Positions 57,235-64,000 of a stretch of DNA of 64,000 nucleotides are shown in pieces. Origin of the DNA: Azolla caroliniana (Eukaryota > Plantae > Polypodiophyta). The first letter of the stretch is position 1, and the number at the start of each line of letters is the position of its first letter. Position numbers and translations under genes: made by a program. Location of the stretch: positions 9,486,001 to 9,550,000 of the forward strand of contig JBHGNT010000022.1 of the NCBI GenBank assembly GCA_043228905.1, read 5' to 3'. The notes below the pieces were generated by a model. The model was given only the letters and a program-made list of their open reading frames with translations, was not told the origin of the DNA and did no database searches.

Positions 57235-60027
57235 ATGGACTGCCAAACGCTGTCTGAAGCCACCAAGAAATGGTTACGGCAGCACGGTCTGGAGGGTTTT
57301 TTAACGATCATGGAGGCAGCGCCACACAAGGAGGCCGAGAAGATTATAAAAGAAATCGACACGGAGGTGATCATGGAGGAGGCGATCCGTGCGTTAATAG
57401 GCCTTCCGGAGGGCGGTATCTACACGATTGACAATCCTACCCCCGAGCAACTCATCAAATATTTCGGTGAGTACTCTCTAGCCAACAAGGGCTATAGGAC
57501 ACAGGGCGGCGAAGATATGCTATTCCGAGAAATTGCCCGTGTGCTCCACGAGTTCGGCCACGTGTACCCTCGACCCCCCGTCATGCCTCAGAACCGAGCA
57601 TGCTTGATCATCGCAACGTACGAAGGGGTCAAGGTAGATTAGCCGGTGTTGATCGCCAACGGGCTGTGTATGACCATTGATATAGTAAGGGGAAAGGACG
57701 GCAAGGAAGGCCGGAAAATATGGCATGCAATGACCCAATGGCTCACCCTGTTGGCGCCACTGGTCGAGCCCATCCAAACCAAGAAGCGGGGAAGAACAAT
57801 GGACGGCACCCCGAAACCTGCTTTGAAACGGCAACAACTGTTGGCTTCCAAGGCCACTAAGGGGAAGACTGCCGAAGCAAAGAAGGCGGCGAAGGAGCGC
57901 GCCAGCCGGAAGCGACCGACGGACACGCACGAGGAAACACCGGCACGGGCCTTGAAGAGCCCACTCCACTGACTGGCGCAACAGGAAACGGACACCTTGG
58001 CGGCAAGAATGAATGCCGGGACTCAGGCGGAAGAGATGGAGGAAGAACTCACGGAGCACCTCCAACGGCGGCCGGTGAAGAGCACCGCAGAATCAGCCGG
58101 GAAACGTTCGAACCCACAGAAGGACGGAACACCCGCAACTCACGCTGAGCAACCCACGCCAAGGGAGGTACCAGAACCGGTTCGGATGGAACCGGTCACA
58201 GAAGTCTCGGCACAACAGGCAGCATCGGCAAGACCCGTCACCCAAGAGCCGGAGATACAAAGGCCAACCGCCCCAGCCGGCCAAGAACAAGTAGACAAGG
58301 GGCGACCAGACGAAACACACTCAGAGCCGGAACGACAAAGCGGTCAGCTAGCAGAACCAGAAGCACAGCTTGACGCAGAAAGGCGGGACCAGCCACCGGC
58401 GAGTGAACCCATCAGCCAACTCTCCGTGCAAGCGCAACAACAGTGCACCGGCAGCCAATGGCTCAGGTGGATAGGAGACCAAATTGCCGGAGTAGTCGGA
58501 TACATAGAGGCGGAGGAAAGAGCGCAAACGGAACGGTTCCTCGTCACAACCGATGAACTGGAGACGGCCCGATCAAGGATCTGGTGCCTGGAACAAGACT
58601 TGGATCGGATCATAGGAGATATGGCCAAAATGGCCTTAACTGCAACGCAGGTCCAAGCACCGGTGACTCCGGTTGATGCACAGAAGAATAAGACCCCGGA
58701 AACACAAACGGTCCCGGAGAAAGAGGCGGCGCAAGCCCAAGAGCTTGCGGAATTATAAGATGAGCTAGCCACACAAGAAGCATTACGGAGCCGTGAACGC
58801 GACTTGAAGAAGGCGGCCGAAGAAGAAGTAAGAAAGACTGTTGAGAACCTTCGCCGTGCAGAGGAAAACCTGCGTAAAGGACATCATGCTTACGACCGGC
58901 TGAAGGAGGAAAAAGAGAAAGTGCTACAGGAAAAAGACAAGCTGCGACAGATGGCAGAAACGGAAATTGAGCGGCTGAAGGAAGAGCTCTGGCAACAGAA
59001 GGTCCAGGAGGACCGCGCGCGCCGTCAGATAAACCAAAGGCTGAAGCAGAAGACCAATGATTTCGATCATCTGCATCGGGACTACAAGCAGCTGGAGACG
59101 GAGCATCAGCAACGGATGGCAGAGCTCCGGCAAGAGGTTGATAAGGCCACAACGGCACTTGCCGAAGAATGAGCGGAAAGTTCCAGGCTATTGGAGGAAG
59201 CGGCAAATGCCCGGATGGAGCTCCACAAACAGAACCATGAAGACAAGGAAAGAGCGACAATGGTACTACAGAGGTTGCAAACAACCTATCAAACTCAATT
59301 GTCGCATTATAGGGAGCAGGAGGCGGACACGGTTCGGATCATCAGGCAGTTGAAGGAAGAGCGACAAGCCGCAGAAAATAAATCACAGATGGGAGCCGAA
59401 TGGATCCAGTGCATCCTCCGGTCATGGCTCACTAAAACCAAAAGCTTGATTGATGACAGCTCTGTGCATTGGTGGGCTTAATGGGCGCAGAATACCGCGG
59501 AACTACAATTGCTTAGGGTGGACGTTGAAAATCGGCGAAAGGAGGGCGACGACTGTTATATGCTGACCTCGGAGGACTTCACCACCATCAGGGACGAGTT
59601 GGCGGAAGATTTCACAGCCCTGGCGGATGAACAATTGGTGCAGGTCCGGCAGCTCGTAGCACAACTAGACGATGATCGACTGTAGGCTCAAATCCAGTTC
59701 GAAAGCTATGAGCGGTCCCGGCTCCGGGAAGAAAAAGCGCGAAAGGTGGCAACGGTCAACCTTAGTGATGAGGAACCGTCGCCAGTGCAAAGACCGGAGG
59801 GGGAACAGGCCGGGGTCTGTTGGCCACAGACAGCTCCGACGGAGGAACCAACGACGGAAACACCGGTGCCAGAGCCACAAACGGAGCAGCAACCACAGCC
59901 GCAAACGGAGCAGCAGCCACAACCACAAATGGAATAACAACAGTAGCCACATCAGCAACAACAGATTCCCGACGAGCCATTGGAAATTTTGGAGCAAAGC
60001 ATTCTGGACATTTTGGACGAAGCGTAA
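57235..60027 (+). pseudogene. Gypsy E extra 3' ORF (~930 codons): plant-mobile-domain-like N-terminus, low-complexity linker, coiled coil
   Basis: Six listed ORFs (56956, 57646, 57997, 58804, 59191, 59746) share one frame, separated only by point stops. Confidence 0.75.
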
Positions 60028-60545
60028 AAGGGGCCGGATAGTGGGTTCGACGTACAAGGTACTGTCCCACGGGCGTGCCATGTGTTACCGGCCGGCAAAA
60101 AAGGCAAAAGGAGGTCCAAACCAGAGTGTGAAAGGAATAGTTATTCGGGAATTGTTGGAATTAGTAGTCTTAATATATACATATTATTATATAAGAAGAT
60201 GTGGACGGACGGACCGGAATCGGTATGCCGATCCGGATCCGGAACAATACCGTAAAGGTGCCGGTTGGCACCGTTTTGTATTTCGCACCGGAGACCTATA
60301 TAAAGGCCCGGTTACAATGTAATCAGGAGCGGATAATTAATAAAGCTTATGGTCTTAATCTTCAAGTGTTGATTACCGTTCTGTAATTATTGTCATATCT
60401 TACGCGTGTTAATTATGGATGGCTAAGTAATCGATTAAGGTCTAATTAATCGTTGTGTCGTAAGTCATTCTGTCGTACCATCCTTTGGTGACGTGTCTTG
60501 AGTGGACACCCTGTGTTAGGCTGTTGTCCGTCCCTAGCAATAACA

Positions 60546-61429
60546 AGTCGGAGTTCGTGGCGTAATTTGTTAGTTGTCGGCCTTGCTTACGCTTCTTCTT
60601 CTGACACTCCTCTTCGTAGTGGTCGGGTTTTTCACAATACCCGCACTCAACTGTGTTGCTACGGTTGCTTGGTCCGGCGTGATGACTCACCCTTCTGCCG
60701 AACTCTCTAGGGCCATTTCTGTCCGCTTGCCATTGGTGGGAGTTACGCTCTTGGTTGTGTCGGCCTTGGCCGAATCGACCTCTACTTCCGCGGCTTTGTC
60801 CTCTTTCTCCATCGAAGTTCGAATATAGCATTTGTCTGCCATGTGCGTTGTTCCTTTGACGCACGTGATTCTCTTCGACTAGCAACAATGATTGGAGATA
60901 AAAAAAGGAGGGAGGACTCTCTCTCGCAAGAACGGCTGAACTTATTGCGCCAATCGCGGTGCCCAGCCACCAAGGCATATCTGCACCATTTCTTCGTCGT
61001 CAATGCTAACATTGATCGATCCAAGGGCATCACACAAGTCCTTGATCTTTAAGGTGTAGTTGCCGACTGACATGTCCCTTTGTTGAAGATTGTTCAGCTC
61101 CTCTCGAAGTTGGAGCTTTCGTGCAGCTGTATTGGCTACGAAAATCTTCTTGAGGTTTTCCCATGCCTACTTCGACCGTTTTGCCTCTCGAATGTAGCCA
61201 AACATATGATCATGAACACATGATGCAAGGCAATACAACACACATCTTGCGGCTTGCTCCCAAGTGGGAAGTCGGCGTGTGTTGGGTTGGGTTGTGATTC
61301 GTGAGCTCCTTCAATGTAGCTCCAATAGCCTTGTCTGACAAGGTATTGATGCATCTTGTATTCCCACGATGCAAAGTTCATTTTATCGAGCTTCTCGGTA
61401 GGAAGAGCACTTCCCATTTTAGTATTCAT
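60546..61429 (-). pseudogene. Copia C gag
   Basis: MNTKMGSALPTEKLDKMNFASWEYKM.., CGYCEKPDHYEEEC. Confidence 0.9.
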
Positions 61430-61836
61430 GGTGATTTCTTCTTTGTTGATGGGCTGGTTCTGTTGATCATCGGCGTGCAGCACAACATAGTCGAATAGGC
61501 TTAATCAGGCAACCACATGCTCTGATACCATGTAACGTAATGGGAGGCAAGAGTGATTGCAATGCAGCGGAAGATTATTGAGAGTGTGTGTGTGAGAGAG
61601 GCAACAGAGGGAGAGAGAGAGAGAGAGAGAGCTCTTAGGGTAGAGATAGAAAAATTGTATATTAACCTAAAATACATGAAACATAAAACATCTAACCATA
61701 ACTACGTTACAATGCGTTGTTTTATATACCAACTAAGCTAGGGCAAGTGCCCTTTCTACTATTTACAAAACTAGCCCAACACGTCCATGAGCTAGTGTGA
61801 AACCTATCTATGGGAAGTTGAGTTCGACTCTCAACA

Positions 61837-62233
61837 TGTGGCTATACTTGTAAATAGCCCAAAAGTTATATTAGTATAAATAACTAGGGCAAAACTTATT
61901 GTGTATGCATGTAAGTTCTGGTTAACATTAGTTAGTTGTTGTACAGAGAGAGAGAGAGTGAGAGATACAAGAAGTTGCATCTATTATAACCACCAGTTGG
62001 CGAAGACATAGAGCTCGAGGTTGTGGCCTCTGAGTCTCCTATTGTATCCTACCTCTCTACCATAGTGATCTTGTTCGGAGTTTCTGAATTCCCATGGTTT
62101 TGCCTCTCGAGGTTTTCCACGTTAACATACAATTTCGTCTCATTCATGTGTAAGTTTACCAATCTCTATTTTCTGTTTTATTTTTTCCATTGTATATTTG
62201 GATCTCGGTTGTGGCCGAGAACGATTCATCTCA
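61837..62233 (+). repeat. Copia A 3' LTR, second part
   Basis: Matches ~4200-4592. Confidence 0.9.
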
Positions 62234-63600
62234 CTTAAGGATGCTACCACCCCATACCTTCATTCCATAAAGAAGCATTGGGGTCACCAAAGAATCAAAA
62301 AGCTATTTCTTGAGGACCCAACACTTAATCTTTCCATGATTGCATGTGTTCTCAAATGCACGATCTGATCTCTTTCCCACATTTAGGCGGCCAAGGTTTA
62401 TGATTTGAAGGAATTTCAGGCCTTCTATGATTCGAAGGAACTATAAGGCCAAGGTATTTAAGGCTTTTCATAGTTTCCAATGGCTCATTATTGTACGCAA
62501 TGCATGGTTTATCCTTATTTTGCCTCTTCATAAACATAATCTTTGTTTAAGAGTTCTTAAAATTCAAATTTGTTGCTAGAAAAACTCTTCCATCCCCAAA
62601 ATTTAGTACGTGCATGTGTTTTTCTCGTGTTTTGAGAAATTGTTGAGTAACTTCCATATTCCTCTCTCTCATTAAATTATTCTTTTGTACCATGCAAATG
62701 TTTTTGACACTTTTCTTTATCCTTAACTACGTCCAAACTCATAAGACACTTTCGAGCTTCATGGAAGTCCTTATCAAGCCACGTTTTCTTTGAACTAGAT
62801 TTCTTGATGGCTTTGCCAACTATGTGCTTTGTTGAAAAGCATAAGTTTCTCCATGAATAAAAACTTTCTTAAAAGCTTCCCCTTTGTTATCTAATGTGGC
62901 ACCATGTTGTATCATTGTCATTTGTAACATATCCTCAACCATCTTCGAATACATGGGTGCTCATTTAAGCTTTATTCTCAAATATGGTTGTTAAGAATCT
63001 TCCATGGCCTTCTCACAATGCAACATTTTCATATAATGGAGGTCAATACATAAACTCCTATTATTGGATTATGATGTCCTTTCACCAAGTAAAAACTTGT
63101 TCTACAATCCAAAATAGTTTTGGAAAGTAGCACATTGTCAATCACAACATTGTATTTTCTAACCATTAGTTTTAGGCCATAAAGGTACACCATTTGCAAT
63201 AATAGAAGAGTGACTGAGATGTGTGGCATGAAATATTTTTGTGCATCAAGTTGCAAACTTCTTGTACAAGCATTCATGTCACCAAAGCCAATACCTTCCC
63301 CTTTAACTTTGAAATAAGCAACTTCTAGATTGACAAGTTTTTATCCAAACAAGCATAAAAATTAGAATCTTGATGATGAATGTAGCCTTCAAGTACAAAA
63401 GTGGGCATATCATATGGCGTTTCTATTTTAAGCCACATGCAACACCTATGTTCATCACTTTTTATGATTGATGCATATTTCTCTCTTTACGAGAAAAGTA
63501 TTGATTAAGAGAAAAGAGGAAATACATGTTTTTTCAGGTTCGTAGTACTGGGTATGAGAAAAGCTTTACGATTCATCGTGCACGGATATCAGTATCCAGT
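62234..63600 (-). pseudogene. Degenerate RTE/RTEX-like LINE ORF2 (EN remnant, RT C-part); right half of the LINE hosting Copia A
   Basis: VIDNVLLSK..HNPI (EN-like), WLDKDFHEARK, NNEPLETMKSLKYLG, LFDSLVTPMLLYGMKVWGG. Confidence 0.6.
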
Positions 63601-63639
63601 GTTAAGTACCCATCATGGGCAAGGTTATTAAAGAAAATT

Positions 63640-64000
63640 AACATTGAGCTCAATCAAATATTAGAGAAAAACTCCTTTCAAAGCCTACACCAAAGGGTCG
63701 TCCCAATGTGAAAGGGGTCAAATATCATTCTAAAAAGCTATAAAAGACATTTTTGGTAATTGTTGTAACTCTTGTCATTCCTTTCGAGTTTAGATCTTCA
63801 TATAAGCTTGAGCTCTCTCCTCCTCCTTCCTTGATCTTTCACTTACATGAAAATTGGCACTGAGCTCAACCGAATATTAGAGAAAAACTCATTTCAAAGC
63901 CTACATCAAAGGGTCGTCCCAATGTGAAAGGAGTCAAACCTCATTCTAAAAAGCTATAGAAGACACTTTTGGTAACTTTTGTAGCTCTTGTTCTTCCTTT
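63640..64000. repeat. Imperfect tandem duplication (~217-bp period, runs off window)
   Basis: TGAGCTCAA..TATTAGAGAAAA..AAAGGGTCGTCCCAATGTGAAAGG at ~63644 and ~63861. Confidence 0.75.

Larger units (their letters stand above)
26983..60545 (+). mobile_element. Gypsy E (non-chromovirus, extra 3' ORF), hosting F and G
   Basis: LTRs 26983-27445 and 60083-60545; perfect TSD AGTCG; PBS TGGCGACCAC at 27453 (tRNA-Arg-like). Confidence 0.92.
17351..61836 (-). mobile_element. Copia C (coding region related to B), degenerate, hosting D and E
   Basis: LTRs 17351-17650 and 61531-61836; TSD TGTGG; PBS-iMet revcomp at 61519-61530; PPT revcomp at 17651. Confidence 0.92.
4058..62233 (+). mobile_element. Copia A (outermost LTR element), degenerate, carrying ~53 kb of nested inserts
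   Basis: 5' LTR 4058-4592; PBS TGGTATCAGAGC 4596; PPT AGAAGGGGGAG ~17191; 3' LTR split into 17204-17350 and 61837-62233; TSD CTCAA/CTTAA. Confidence 0.9.

Noticed and set aside
57235-60027. Retroviral env gene
   Set aside because: No signal peptide or transmembrane segment visible

Overview
This window is eukaryotic, almost certainly plant, repeat-dense DNA. I see no host protein-coding gene, rRNA, true tRNA or CRISPR array. The element spectrum (Tcn1-like chromovirus, RTEX-like LINEs, tRNA-Trp-primed Gypsy) suggests a non-seed land plant; that is inference. Almost all of it is one nested transposon stack that can be resolved from LTR/TIR ends and target-site duplications (TSDs). A degenerate RTE/RTEX-like LINE hosts Copia A (4058-62233). 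A holds two hAT-like MITEs (one containing Copia B, one an RTEX 3' end) and a solo LTR, and its 3' LTR is split by Copia C (17351-61836). C holds Gypsy D and Gypsy E. E holds Gypsy F, which holds solo LTR H, which holds a 6.9-kb Sola2-like DNA transposon. E also holds an intact young Copia G, which holds an intact Tcn1-like chromovirus I. The most notable observations are: (1) tRNA-like Pol III A-box/B-box cassettes with constant 43-44 bp spacing in the LTRs of four Gypsy families; (2) a spliced Sola2-type transposase whose intron holds a 146-bp satellite with dimeric higher-order structure; (3) Tf1-style self-priming signals in an autonomous and a non-coding element; (4) a Trp-primed Gypsy group with 4-bp CCG(C/G) target sites; (5) a Gypsy-in-Copia composite in which both partners remain intact; (6) a ~930-codon extra ORF in Gypsy E. 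All calls were made by eye without database searches, so coordinates may be off by a few bases and family names are motif-based.
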